Positions 32,924 to 43,507 of a DNA stretch of 64,000 bases are shown in pieces; positions within the stretch are counted from its first letter, which is position 1; each line of letters opens with the position of its first letter. The notes beneath the pieces were generated by a model. The model saw only the letters and a list, made by a program, of their open reading frames with translations, did not search any database and was not told the origin of the DNA. The DNA comes from Rhodococcus sp. (in: high G+C Gram-positive bacteria) (GTDB lineage Bacteria > Actinomycetota > Actinomycetes > Mycobacteriales > Mycobacteriaceae): positions 1,367 to 65,366 of the forward strand of contig JAAZAD010000185.1 in the NCBI GenBank assembly GCA_012514505.1, given 5' to 3'. The translations under genes and the position numbers were made by a program.

Positions 32924-34002
32924 TTCACAACCTCTTCGATCGATACGAGGGGCGCTCCGAGATAGTCGGTCTCGAGGCAGTAGTCGAGCAACTCCCGAAG
33001 GTATTCCTTCCCGGTCTCCGGCGGCGGTCCGACCAACTCTGCGGCGTTGGTGGTGGCGAAAGTTCGCTTACCGTCGAAATAGTTGGCGTACTGAGCGCCG
33101 ATACGCAGGTAGTACTCCCGCTCGATGACGTCCAAGCTGTCCACCGAGAACGACGCTGCCGGTACGAACCGGGCGACATGGAACGAGGGGTACTCGGCGA
33201 AGACCTCGGACATGTCGCGCAGTGACAGCGGTGCGTCACCGACCGCATGGATCGTCTTGCCCTGTGCTGCTTCGAAGTTGGTTGCTGCAGCAACCACGGC
33301 ATCGGCTACGTAGTCGACCGGCGCAAGCGACAGGGTCGCGTCGTAGCGTCCGGGCAGGGTGCGAAGTTTCCCCTCCACGATGAGTTTGACCACCGTGTAG
33401 AGGTTCTTGTAGTCGCGGATCGCTCCGCCGTCCGCGCAACCGGTCACGATTCCGGGGCGCACGATCGCCCAACGCAGGTCTGTATCACCGCGGACCATCT
33501 GCTCGGCGGTGTACTTGCTGCGCTCGTATCCGTTGCCGAACGAGTGCTCGTCGCTGAGGTCGTTCTCGTCGATGGTGCCCTCGCGGCGACCGCACACATA
33601 GGCGGTGCTCACGTAGACCAGCGGCACGTCCCAGGTGCGGGCGAGTGCGGCCGCATGTCCGGTTCCACCGATATTGAGCTCCGAATAGTCCTTTTCCGGC
33701 GCAGCGAAATCGGTGGTCGCGGCACAGTGCACGATCAGATCGACCCGCCCACCCAGAGCAGTGATCGTGTCGGTGTCCAATCCGAAATCGCCGCGGCGAA
33801 CATCACCGGTGACGTAGCTCGCCCCGCCGGCTTCGGGACCGAAAGGCTCCATCTCGATGCGGTCGCCGTTGCTGTCCACGACATCGGGCTTCCGGTGCGT
33901 CAGAGCCACCACGGAAACCCCTCGTGAGCGCAGTCGCGCCACGGTTTCCGAACCGACCAGTCCACTGGCACCGGTGACGAGAACGGTCTTCGCTTCGGTC
34001 AT
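32911..34002 (-). CDS. Extended SDR, thioester/fatty-acyl reductase (male-sterility-like)
   Basis: VTGASGLVG, HCAA, YVSTAYVCG, YERSK, RPGIV.G. Confidence 0.85.
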   Translation of the reverse strand: MTEAKTVLVTGASGLVGSETVARLRSRGVSVVALTHRKPDVVDSNGDRIEMEPFGPEAGGASYVTGDVRRGDFGLDTDTITALGGRVDLIVHCAATTDFAAPEKDYSELNIGGTGHAAALARTWDVPLVYVSTAYVCGRREGTIDENDLSDEHSFGNGYERSKYTAEQMVRGDTDLRWAIVRPGIVTGCADGGAIRDYKNLYTVVKLIVEGKLRTLPGRYDATLSLAPVDYVADAVVAAATNFEAAQGKTIHAVGDAPLSLRDMSEVFAEYPSFHVARFVPAASFSVDSLDVIEREYYLRIGAQYANYFDGKRTFATTNAAELVGPPPETGKEYLRELLDYCLETDYLGAPLVSIEEVVKCSS

Positions 34003-34274
34003 TCGCTGCTCCCCTGTTCACTGGACCCGAGCGTGGACTGGCTCTGAACCAGGCGGACCACATCGCCGACCTTCAGGACGTCGACGAGCTGTTCGGGGTT
34101 CTGCCGCGGCAGCGCGAAGACACGCTCGAGTGCCACGGTGAGCTCCATCAACCGGATGGAATCGAATCCCAGGTCCTCGATCAGGCGCTCGTCGTCGTTC
34201 ACCTCGGCGGGAGCCTCCGGCGCCATGCGCACAATCAGCGAACGGGTGCGGTCTGCCAGATTCTCGTCGGTCAT
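33999..34274 (-). CDS. Acyl carrier protein
   Basis: L.EDLGFDSIRLMEL..ALE; ATG 34274 overlaps the upstream TGA. Confidence 0.92.
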   Translation of the reverse strand: MTDENLADRTRSLIVRMAPEAPAEVNDDERLIEDLGFDSIRLMELTVALERVFALPRQNPEQLVDVLKVGDVVRLVQSQSTLGSSEQGSSE

Positions 34275-37200
34275 CACTTCTTCTCTCCTGTGGCGGTCTT
34301 GTCGCGCTGGTGTGGTTGTGCCCCACCGGAGGACAACAGATCCTGTACCTCGTCGATGGGAAGCTCGGCGTCGAGGTAGGCGGCGAGCCGCAACCAGTCG
34401 TAGACGATTTCGAGAGTCCGACGCCACTGTTCGTGCGAATCGAACGATGCCGGAAACTGCAGTTTCGCCATCGCCCGTACCGAATCGACGAAGGTGTCGA
34501 GGATCGCCAGTCCGGTTTCCGCATCCACGCGACCCGGCTCCGCGAACGTCACCAGCTGCGCTTCCTGCAGTTCGGCGAGCAACTCGTCCCGTCGGTCGGC
34601 TCCGCGTGGAATCAACCGCTCCAGGGTTGCCACCGCCGCCACGTCCGGGGGCAGGGGGCTGCACCCGAGAACTGACAGCAACAGGCGCACCGCACCTTTG
34701 AGCATTCGGTCCGCCGCAACGTCGGCGACTCGGCCCTGCTGCTGGGCAAGAGCGCCGACCAGATCCTCGCGTGCGTTTTCCACGATCACGTTGGACCACA
34801 CCAGCGACGAGGCGCACTCGGTGAACCTGCGCGCCGGCATCGGAACGAGAGTGGCAATGGCGGCTTCGGCGCAGGTGGCGCCGCGCAGGCCCAGCACCGG
34901 AACCACACTCGACGGCGTCGGAGTGTACGGGTGGTGCGGCTTGACCATCGCGACCGCCGGCCGCAGTGCCGGACCTCGGCGGCCCCAGCGCAGTGAGACC
35001 AGCCCGAGACGGACGAACTCGGCCAACTCGGCGTGCAACGGCTCAGACCACCGCGCCGCGATGTCGTGCAGCGAGCGCCCGAACACGACGGAGCGCCACG
35101 CCTGGGCGCCTCGGTCCGACAGGGCGAAGACGTCGGAGTCTGCGCGCACCACGTGGATGCGTCCGTCGATCGGCCAGGAGGTGACGCCGCGTATGCGAGC
35201 GAGCACCACCATCGCCTGGTCGTTTGGTACCGACACCCCCAGCGACTCGGCGAGTTCGAGGGCCTCCGCCACAGTCGCATCACCGCGCAGAAGCGCACGC
35301 ACGAGGGCGAAGTAGGCGTCGGTGACCGCGGCGTCACCGATACGCTCGAGCTGCGGTCCGATCCATTTCGACTCGAGGTAGGTCTCGCCTCGTCGGGCGG
35401 CCCATCCCTTGACCGCTTGCAACAGACCGTCACGCGCCCAACCCAGCGCTTCCGACCGGGCATCGACCGCGTTCATTGCGACCGCCTGACGCAACGACTG
35501 TTCTGCGCGCCCGTGCCACCAGCGCGCGAGCACAGCGCCGACTTCCTCGGCGGGAAGGCAAGCACGCAATCCGTCGAGATCGACGCTGCCGGTACGCACC
35601 ACTGCTGCCCGCGAGAAGCGCTGGCAGCGGTTCAGCACATCCTGATTCAGATCGAGCAGTGCGGTGTCGTCGAGGCTGTCCGGGGTCAGGCCGCTGCGCG
35701 CGTACTCGAGCTGGGCGCGCACCTGGGCCTCGGAACGCGTCCGAACCTCGACCCGACGACCACCGACGAAGAGAACGGTGGGCATCTCCGGAGTGTTGTC
35801 GTCGCCCGGTGACACGGCGAGAAAGTCGATGTCGGAGCCTTCGTTGCCGAAGCCTTCCGCGATGGACCCCTCGAGCAGAATCGTCGCATCGGCAGGCACG
35901 TCGACGGCCTCGAGAGCCCGGTCAAGCAACTCGCCGATTTCGGTGTCCGTGAGCAGTGCGCTGGACGGCCGACGTTCCTCGATGGTGCGCTCCGGCCTGG
36001 GAGCGACCGGCGTCGCCGCGTCGTGCACGGTGATGTCCCCGAGTTCACCGCCGCGGAACAACTCCCACATCAGCCGTCGGCGGGGCTTGCCGCTCGAGGT
36101 CCGCCGAACAAGGCCGCGGTCCCCGGTGACGACCGTGAGTTGGTGTGCTGCACCCAGATCGGCGCGCAGAACCTTGCGCGCCGCGTCGATCCACTCGCCT
36201 GGCTGGTGCTCGACGAAGAGCACGATCCCCTGTGCGGCACCGGATTCCTGCATGGCCACGGCAGCGAACTTGTGCTTCGGCAGGCCGGTCTCGTGGGCGA
36301 CACGAGCGTCGACGTCCTCCATGAAGACGGACTTACCGCGCACCTTGATGCTCGATCCCATCCGGCCGAGAACGTAGAGCACACCGCCATGCAGGAACCC
36401 GGCGTCGCCGGTCCACAGCTCGCCGCGCAGGAAACGCGTACCTCCCGAGTCGGCGGCGGAACCGTCCTCGTCGTGGTAGCCCTCCGCAACCGATTCTCCG
36501 GAGACGACCACCTCACCGAGAACCCCCTCGGCCACCGGCTCGCCGTCGCCGTCGGCGACTCGGACGGACGACGCATCCGTCGATCCACCGAGGCCGACAA
36601 TCCATCCACCGCCGCCGAGCTCCTGGCCGCGGTACTCCACCTCCGCGAGAATCGGGACCGCCGCACCGAAACGTAGTGCCGCGGAGTCGATCTGCACGGC
36701 GACAGGCGTGTTGCCCGCAGGAGAGACGGTCGCCATCAGCGTCGACTCGGCCAGTCCGTAGGCCGGGCGAATACACGTCGGGTCGTAGCCGGTCTCCTCG
36801 AGGAGGGTGGTGAAGCCCTGCACGTGATCCGGGTCGATCGGCTCGGCGCCGACGATCAGGGAGCGGAACTTCGACAGATCCAGATCGGCGACCTCGTCCT
36901 TCGATACGCGACGGGCCGCGTAGCCCAGGCCGAACGACGGCGTGACCGAGTGCTGAGCCACCGCCAGCGCTCGGATCCAGCGCAGCGGGTCACGGACGAA
37001 CTGGTCGGGGCGCATCAAATAGAGATCACCCTGATTGGCCACGGTGGCGAGAAGGCCGCCCACCAGACCCATGTCGTGGTACAGCGGCAGCCACGACACC
37101 GTCGTGTCCTCGTCGTGCCATGCCACCGAGTCGAGTATGTACCGGGTGTTGGCGGCGAGATTTCGCCAGCTGATCCGCACGCCCTTGGGTGTTCCCGAAG

Positions 37201-37798
37201 ACCCGGAGGTGAACTGGACCATCGCGATATCGGACTCGGCGATCGCGGGGCGGTCTATCGGGGCCGCGGGGGTCTGCCCGGCCGGACGGTCCTCGGTTCC
37301 ATCCAGGACAGTTTCATCGATCACGACCGGTGCCCCCGGCATCTGCACCCGGCTCATGACACGCGCGACCAGCGCCTCGAGACCGGATGTGGTGACCACC
37401 AGACGCGGCGTCGCCCGAGTCAGAATCGCTGCGAGATGCTCTTCGTACTCTTCGCCGCCACCGAAAACGGGCGGTGGAACCAGGGTGACACCGGCTCCCG
37501 TCGACCACACCGCGAACATCGCGGCAATACACGGAAAGTCGGTCGGCAGCACGACACAGGCACCGTCGCCGGGAGTCAGTCCCTCGTCGACCAGGCGCCG
37601 GGCGATTGCGTGAGCGTCGGCTGCGAGGTCGCTGTACGAACGCGCCGTCCAACCATCCGCGTCGTCCGCCAGACGGATGCGCTTGTCGGCCTTCGGCTGC
37701 GTCAACCAGCCACACATCGACTGGTACGCCGGGCAGTCGCCTGCGGCCTCGCCTGTCTTCTCGATGCCGTGGTCGACATCCGCTTCACTGAGCGACAC
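34274..37798 (-). CDS. Fatty acyl-AMP ligase fused to a nucleotidyltransferase-like C-terminal region
   Basis: QFTSGSSGTPKG, SWLPLYHDMGL, AYGLAEST, RTSSGK.RR; then LEGSIAEGFGNEGSDIDF (GS...DxD) and a ~500-aa extension. Confidence 0.85.
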   Translation of the reverse strand: MSLSEADVDHGIEKTGEAAGDCPAYQSMCGWLTQPKADKRIRLADDADGWTARSYSDLAADAHAIARRLVDEGLTPGDGACVVLPTDFPCIAAMFAVWSTGAGVTLVPPPVFGGGEEYEEHLAAILTRATPRLVVTTSGLEALVARVMSRVQMPGAPVVIDETVLDGTEDRPAGQTPAAPIDRPAIAESDIAMVQFTSGSSGTPKGVRISWRNLAANTRYILDSVAWHDEDTTVSWLPLYHDMGLVGGLLATVANQGDLYLMRPDQFVRDPLRWIRALAVAQHSVTPSFGLGYAARRVSKDEVADLDLSKFRSLIVGAEPIDPDHVQGFTTLLEETGYDPTCIRPAYGLAESTLMATVSPAGNTPVAVQIDSAALRFGAAVPILAEVEYRGQELGGGGWIVGLGGSTDASSVRVADGDGEPVAEGVLGEVVVSGESVAEGYHDEDGSAADSGGTRFLRGELWTGDAGFLHGGVLYVLGRMGSSIKVRGKSVFMEDVDARVAHETGLPKHKFAAVAMQESGAAQGIVLFVEHQPGEWIDAARKVLRADLGAAHQLTVVTGDRGLVRRTSSGKPRRRLMWELFRGGELGDITVHDAATPVAPRPERTIEERRPSSALLTDTEIGELLDRALEAVDVPADATILLEGSIAEGFGNEGSDIDFLAVSPGDDNTPEMPTVLFVGGRRVEVRTRSEAQVRAQLEYARSGLTPDSLDDTALLDLNQDVLNRCQRFSRAAVVRTGSVDLDGLRACLPAEEVGAVLARWWHGRAEQSLRQAVAMNAVDARSEALGWARDGLLQAVKGWAARRGETYLESKWIGPQLERIGDAAVTDAYFALVRALLRGDATVAEALELAESLGVSVPNDQAMVVLARIRGVTSWPIDGRIHVVRADSDVFALSDRGAQAWRSVVFGRSLHDIAARWSEPLHAELAEFVRLGLVSLRWGRRGPALRPAVAMVKPHHPYTPTPSSVVPVLGLRGATCAEAAIATLVPMPARRFTECASSLVWSNVIVENAREDLVGALAQQQGRVADVAADRMLKGAVRLLLSVLGCSPLPPDVAAVATLERLIPRGADRRDELLAELQEAQLVTFAEPGRVDAETGLAILDTFVDSVRAMAKLQFPASFDSHEQWRRTLEIVYDWLRLAAYLDAELPIDEVQDLLSSGGAQPHQRDKTATGEKK

Positions 37799-37804
37799 TG
37801 CGTT

Positions 37805-40800
37805 TCACACCTTCCCTGACAAAAATTCCGAAAGCGTGTTCGGAGTCGAATGCTCGAAGAGGTCGACGACGTCGAGGTCCGTCACACCGAGCCGCATGCG
37901 CAACTGCTCGCCCATCTGAAGGACCATGGCGGACGTTCCACCCACGTCGAAGAATCGTGTGCTCCCGTCGAAGTCCGAGGTTCCGAGGACCTCGGTCCAC
38001 ACCTGCTCGACCACCGCCGCGACGTCGACGTCGCCGGCCCGATCCGAGTCGGTATCCACGGAAGGAATCGCGGCGGCATCGGCGGCTACGCCTGCCCGGA
38101 GAGCAGCAGAATCGACCTTCCCGTTCGAATCGACAGGTAGTTCGTCGAGCGCAACCAGTCGATCCGGCTCGAAGTACCGGGGAAGAAGCGTCCGAACGCG
38201 CTCCCGGACACCCTGGACCGATCCCCCCGGCGAAAGAACGACGAAGCACGCCAGTTCGGCGGTCAGGCCCGATCCGATCACGGTCGCATGTGCGCGTTCC
38301 ACCTGCTCCGTGGCAATCAGCGCATGTTCGATCTCGCCCAGCTCGCACCGGTGACCGCGAATCTTCACCTGGTTGTCGACGCGGCCGAGCACAACGAATC
38401 TTCCTTCGGCGTCGAGAAACCCACGGTCCCCGGTGAGGTACGTGGGCACCCCGTCGATGTCTCGCACGCGCTGCGCTGTCAGTTCTTCGGAGTTCAGATA
38501 GCCCTGCATCAGACCGGCACCGGTGACCACCAGCTGACCGGACACGCCCCGGGGAAGCACTCGCAACTGCGCGTCCACCACGGCCATACCCATGTCTGCG
38601 AACGGCCGACCGACGACCGATTCGGACGGAACCTGTTTCGGGTCGCCCGGGACCCGAAATGCCGTGTGGTACATGGTCGTCTCGGTGATGCCGTAGCAGT
38701 TGCTCAGCGCGACGTCCGGGCGATCGCGGGCGAAGTCCGCGAGTGTGGCGAACTCGAGTCGTTCTCCGCAGAACAGCACGTGGCGAACGGACCGTGCCCG
38801 ACGTAGGCGCCCGGAGAGCATGGCGAATGCGGACGGTGTCTGCGACACGATCTCGACGTCGTGGCGTTCGATGAACTCGGCCAGCCGCGCCGGATCCCGC
38901 TTCACCTCACGGCGGGGGATGCACACCGTGCCACCGCCCAGTAGTGCACCGAACGATTCCACCAGCGAGATGTCGAACGAGATGGAATGGAACAACAACC
39001 ACTTCGAAGCCTGGATCTCGGTTGCCGCGAACAGACCGTCGAAGAAGCGTGCAGCACTGCGATGAGCGATTCGCACACCCTTCGGCGAGCCCGTCGTTCC
39101 CGAGGTGAAGATGACGTACGCGGTGTCCTCGGGTCCCGGCGACGAGCCGGTGAACGCGCGCTCCGGCAGACTCTCGGGGAACGGAATCGTGGTGACGTCG
39201 GCACTGTCCAAGGTTTGCCCGGCAGACGTCAGAACGGAGATGTCCGGACATTCCCGCACGATCTGAGTGATGCGTGCCGATGCTGCTGCAGCATCGATCG
39301 GCACGTACACCTTGCCGGTCTTGAACAGGGCGAGAACGGTGGCCAACCACTGCACAGACGGCGGCATCGTCACGCCCACCATGTCGCCGGGAACGTTTTC
39401 GTCCACCCAAGCTGCGATCGACGAGGACATCACGTCGAGCTCACCGAAGGTGACCTGCACGTCGTCCTCGACCACCGCCGTACGGTCGGGGTGGGCGGCG
39501 ACGGCAGCCGCAAAGGCACCGCCCATCGTGCGAGACGGGAAGGTCGTCTCGATGTCCACCCGAGCGGCGTGTTCGCCGTGGGCCCATTCGACGTCTCCCA
39601 GCCGCACGGCTCCACGAGCCTCGATCGCCTGCGCCAAGACGTGCCTGTAGACCTGCGCCACATCGCAGTCGGGCAGATAGTCGGCGCGCTCGACGATCAG
39701 AGTGGCATCGGCGTCCGAAACCTCGACGTTGATGGTCAACGGGTATTGCAGATACCGACGATCGACGTTGACGGGCTCGCCGCGCTCACCGTCGGCAGCG
39801 GCTGCGAGCGGACGGGGGTAGAGCGTGAATGCCACCGACGGTTGGGTCGAGTCCATCGACTCCGATCCGACAACCGAACGCGAGTAGTCGGAGAATGCGT
39901 GCTGCTCGAACTCGATCAACCGGGCGAGCTGACGGTCGGTGCGGCGGCAGAGGTCGGCGAACGAATCGTCGCCGGCCAGATCGAATCGCACCGGTAGGGC
40001 ATTCACCCGAACGCCGCGGGTGCTCTGGGAAGCGTCTCCGGAACGCCGGTTGGACATCGGGGTGGAGATCACCACGGTGTCCACACCGCTGAGCGCGCCG
40101 ACCGTCATCGCCATGGTGGTCAACAGCACCGTGTATCGACGGACTCCGAGCCCGCGGGCAACGTCACCGGCGGCGTTGTATTCGGCTGCGGGCAGCAGGC
40201 TTCGGGTGATCGCACCCGGGATGCGTCCCAGTTCGTCGCGGCGGTCCCAGCCGTCGATCTGGAAGCTGTCGACGCCGCTGAACAGGCCGGAGAAGTATTC
40301 GACCACTTCCTCACGGCTGCGTGTGTACGGCTCGAGGGTGTCTGCCGGCGACGCGGTGTCCGGACTGACGTATGCGGGGTCGGCGTACCGGGCGGCGAAG
40401 TCTGCGATGAGGTTGTAGAACCCGAAGCCGTCCGAAAGAACGTGCGCGCCGGCGAACATGAAGTAAGCGTCGTCTCCCACCACACCGATCTCGGCGTGGT
40501 AGAGCGGCGCGGTGGACGGGTCGTACACTGCATCGCCCAGTCGTGCGACCTCGTCCTGGATTGCGCCCAGATCTGGGTAGGTGACCACCTTCACCGCTGC
40601 CCGCACATCGCTCGCGCTCACCGTCACATCACCGCTGGGTGTGAGCTCGAAGATTTCGGTGAAGGCACCGCTGCGGCCCAGCACGTCCTCGACTGCTGCG
40701 GCGAACCGAGGTGCGTCGGTTCCAGCAGGCAACCGCGACAACAGCGCCCAGTTCGGTGACGGATCGCTCGGCCGCAGTTTCGCTGCCAGGACGAGTCGGC

Positions 40801-40825
40801 GCTGGATCGGTGTTGCGTATCTCAT
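37805..40825 (-). CDS. Single-module NRPS (C-A-T)
   Basis: C: AHVLSDG; A: YVIFTSGTTGSPKG, YGITETT, TGD, QVKIRGHRCELGEIE, NGKVD; T: FFDVGGTS. Confidence 0.93.
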   Translation of the reverse strand: MRYATPIQRRLVLAAKLRPSDPSPNWALLSRLPAGTDAPRFAAAVEDVLGRSGAFTEIFELTPSGDVTVSASDVRAAVKVVTYPDLGAIQDEVARLGDAVYDPSTAPLYHAEIGVVGDDAYFMFAGAHVLSDGFGFYNLIADFAARYADPAYVSPDTASPADTLEPYTRSREEVVEYFSGLFSGVDSFQIDGWDRRDELGRIPGAITRSLLPAAEYNAAGDVARGLGVRRYTVLLTTMAMTVGALSGVDTVVISTPMSNRRSGDASQSTRGVRVNALPVRFDLAGDDSFADLCRRTDRQLARLIEFEQHAFSDYSRSVVGSESMDSTQPSVAFTLYPRPLAAAADGERGEPVNVDRRYLQYPLTINVEVSDADATLIVERADYLPDCDVAQVYRHVLAQAIEARGAVRLGDVEWAHGEHAARVDIETTFPSRTMGGAFAAAVAAHPDRTAVVEDDVQVTFGELDVMSSSIAAWVDENVPGDMVGVTMPPSVQWLATVLALFKTGKVYVPIDAAAASARITQIVRECPDISVLTSAGQTLDSADVTTIPFPESLPERAFTGSSPGPEDTAYVIFTSGTTGSPKGVRIAHRSAARFFDGLFAATEIQASKWLLFHSISFDISLVESFGALLGGGTVCIPRREVKRDPARLAEFIERHDVEIVSQTPSAFAMLSGRLRRARSVRHVLFCGERLEFATLADFARDRPDVALSNCYGITETTMYHTAFRVPGDPKQVPSESVVGRPFADMGMAVVDAQLRVLPRGVSGQLVVTGAGLMQGYLNSEELTAQRVRDIDGVPTYLTGDRGFLDAEGRFVVLGRVDNQVKIRGHRCELGEIEHALIATEQVERAHATVIGSGLTAELACFVVLSPGGSVQGVRERVRTLLPRYFEPDRLVALDELPVDSNGKVDSAALRAGVAADAAAIPSVDTDSDRAGDVDVAAVVEQVWTEVLGTSDFDGSTRFFDVGGTSAMVLQMGEQLRMRLGVTDLDVVDLFEHSTPNTLSEFLSGKV

Positions 40826-43497
40826 TCGGATCCCTCGCTTCGGGTTCGGCCCCCGGTTCCGGTGCGCACTGCGTGCAGCACACTCGTGAACGTCTGTGCT
40901 GTCACACTGCGATCTGCCGGGTCGGTGAACAGCGAGTAGTGGTCGCCGGGCACGTCGACGACGTCGAACCGCGCGCTCGTCCACTCCGCCCAATCGTCCG
41001 TGCGATCGACGTCGATACCCAAGGCGGTGGCGCGCGCATCGCTCAGCCGGGTATCAGCGCGCAACAGTGTGATCGGTGCTCGAACGGTACCCGCGGGCCG
41101 GTAGCGCGCCAGTGCGCGATTGTTGGCAGACCACACCGCACCGAACGCGTCCAGCACACGTTCTCCCGAGGAGTCGGTATCGGTTCCGGAGTCGTATCCG
41201 GTCAATTCCATGGCGGCGCCCCGCAAGAGCTCCTCGATCTCCGAGGCCATCCGGCCGGAGGAATCGGACAGTCCCCGAAACGATCCCGGGGCGTAGGAGT
41301 CGATCATCACGATGTGCCGTGGCGATACCGACTCGTCGTTCTCGAGTATCCGGGCAATTTCGAAGGCAACGTTGCCGCCGAAGGAATAGCCGCCCAGAAC
41401 CATGCCGTCACGGATTGCGTCGGCCTTGCGCATGTTCGCGACGCACTCGGCGGCAATGTCTTCGACGGTCTCGCCGCTGCGCACGGCACGGAACGCGGCA
41501 AGCGTGTGCTCCGGCGCTGTTCGATGCAGGGCCGCGTAGCAGAAGTTCGTACCTCCTGCCGGCGGATACAGGTAGATGTCGGGATCACCGGAGCCATACA
41601 CGATCAGGTCGCTGCGGGTCTCACCTCGCGAATTCGCCTGACCTTCCAGCACTCCGCTCATCTCGCCGAGGCGGGTGACGCCGTCGAGCTCGTCGAAGTC
41701 CGCGCGGAAACCGTGCAGGTCGGTGAGTTTGCCGACCAGTGTCACCAGGGTCATGGATTCGCCACCTGCAGCGAAGAAGTCGGTATCGGCGTCCACACGT
41801 ACGCCCAATTCCTCGGACACCAGGCGCAAGAAGGTTTCCCGCACGCCGGTCGTGCCGTGCTGCGGACTGCTCGTATCGCGTGAGGCGAGTACGAACGGCA
41901 GCTCGTGCCGCTCACGGAGCAGAGGAGCAGGTGGCAGCCAGATCTCCAGACCGACCGTTGCGGACTGGCCACTCTCGACATCGCCGGGCACATCACCGTC
42001 GCGGTCGAGTCGATCCGCAAGTTCTGCGACCGTGCCCGCCGTGGTCGTCCAGGAGTTCTCGTAGCTGGTGCGCGTATCGAGCGTCGCTGCCACATCACGG
42101 ATGTCGAGGTCCGGCCGTGAACGCAGGTACTCCGCAAGCCGGCGCCGGTAGGAGGTCAACCCCTCGCTCGACCGAGCCGACACGGTGATCGACACACGAT
42201 CCGCCGAGTCCGGCCGCGCGCGGTTTGGGGCTTTCCGAAGTACCACATGGGCATTGGTGCCGCCCATACCGAACGAACTCACCGATGCGTGTGACAGTCC
42301 GGGCAAGGAAACCGGAGCAGTAGCGATGTCGAACGGGGACTTGTCCAACCCGATCGACGGATTCGGCTCCGAGAATCCCGGCTGCGGAAACACTGTCTCC
42401 GATTCGAGAACGAGAACTGCCTTGAGCAACCCGATCATGCCGGCGGCCACGTCGAGATGACCGTAGTTCGCCTTCGCGGACCCGAGGTAGCAGGGCCCTG
42501 ATCGATCAGCACCGTCGCCGTACGCGCGCGAGAGCGCGCGGAACTCGATCGGATCACCGATGGCAGTTCCGGTTCCGTGAGCTTCGACGTAACCGATATC
42601 GCTGGGAGCGACCCCGGCACGTTCCATTGCCCGAGTCAGAACATCCTGCTGTCCCTGCACCGATGGGGCGCTGTATCCCATCTTCTGCGATCCGTCGTTG
42701 TTGACCGCACTGCCCGCGACGACCGCGAGAATGTTGTCCTGATCCGCGACCGCATCGCCGAGGCGCCGCAGGATCACCACACCACCACCGCTGCCGCGCA
42801 GGGTTCCGTCGGCGTCGGCATCGAACGGACGGCTACGGCCGGTTGGCGAGAGGATTCCGCCCTGCTCGTAGATGTAGCCGTGCTCCTGCGGAAACTCGAG
42901 CGACGCAGCCCCGACCACCGCGACGTCGATGTCACCGAACGCCAGAGCCAGGCACGCCTGGTGCAACGCGACCAGCGAGCTCGAGCACGCGCTCTGCACG
43001 TTCATCGCCGCACCGGTGAACCCGAACTTGTAGGCGATGCGTGAGCTGACGAAGTCGCGGTCGTTACCGAGTAGCGACTGGTAGTCGACCCGAGCTGGGC
43101 CGGGTTGGTCCTCCGGCGCAACCCGGCCCCACAGGTAGGACGGCGAGCCGATCGTGGTGTACACCCCGACACGACCGGTATCCGCCGACACCGCAGCCGA
43201 TTCGACCGCTTCCTGGGTCAACGTGAGCAGCAGTCGGTGTTGCGGATCGGTCCACAACGCCTCGGCAGCCGTCATTCGGAAGAATTCGCGATCGAAACAC
43301 GTGGCGCGATCGAGCGGAGATGCGGTGGCCACGTAGTTCTCGTGGTCGACCTCGTGCTCTCCCAGACCGGCCGCCAGCGCCTGCGCGCGCGACACGGTGT
43401 CGAAATGTGTGTTTCCGGTGTGCAGATCGGACCGCATTCGATCCAGATCGTCCACGCCGGGCAGTGACACCGCCCCGCCTACGATCGCAAATTCCAT
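40822..43497 (-). CDS. Type I PKS, KS-ACP-TE, lacking an acyltransferase
   Basis: DPQHR, SACSSSL, EAHGTGT, KANYGHLDVAAG; ACP FFAAGGES; TE GGYSFGG and GDHY; KS-to-ACP spacing too short for an AT. Confidence 0.9.
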   Translation of the reverse strand: MEFAIVGGAVSLPGVDDLDRMRSDLHTGNTHFDTVSRAQALAAGLGEHEVDHENYVATASPLDRATCFDREFFRMTAAEALWTDPQHRLLLTLTQEAVESAAVSADTGRVGVYTTIGSPSYLWGRVAPEDQPGPARVDYQSLLGNDRDFVSSRIAYKFGFTGAAMNVQSACSSSLVALHQACLALAFGDIDVAVVGAASLEFPQEHGYIYEQGGILSPTGRSRPFDADADGTLRGSGGGVVILRRLGDAVADQDNILAVVAGSAVNNDGSQKMGYSAPSVQGQQDVLTRAMERAGVAPSDIGYVEAHGTGTAIGDPIEFRALSRAYGDGADRSGPCYLGSAKANYGHLDVAAGMIGLLKAVLVLESETVFPQPGFSEPNPSIGLDKSPFDIATAPVSLPGLSHASVSSFGMGGTNAHVVLRKAPNRARPDSADRVSITVSARSSEGLTSYRRRLAEYLRSRPDLDIRDVAATLDTRTSYENSWTTTAGTVAELADRLDRDGDVPGDVESGQSATVGLEIWLPPAPLLRERHELPFVLASRDTSSPQHGTTGVRETFLRLVSEELGVRVDADTDFFAAGGESMTLVTLVGKLTDLHGFRADFDELDGVTRLGEMSGVLEGQANSRGETRSDLIVYGSGDPDIYLYPPAGGTNFCYAALHRTAPEHTLAAFRAVRSGETVEDIAAECVANMRKADAIRDGMVLGGYSFGGNVAFEIARILENDESVSPRHIVMIDSYAPGSFRGLSDSSGRMASEIEELLRGAAMELTGYDSGTDTDSSGERVLDAFGAVWSANNRALARYRPAGTVRAPITLLRADTRLSDARATALGIDVDRTDDWAEWTSARFDVVDVPGDHYSLFTDPADRSVTAQTFTSVLHAVRTGTGGRTRSEGSE

Positions 43498-43507
43498 GGC
43501 GGCTACC

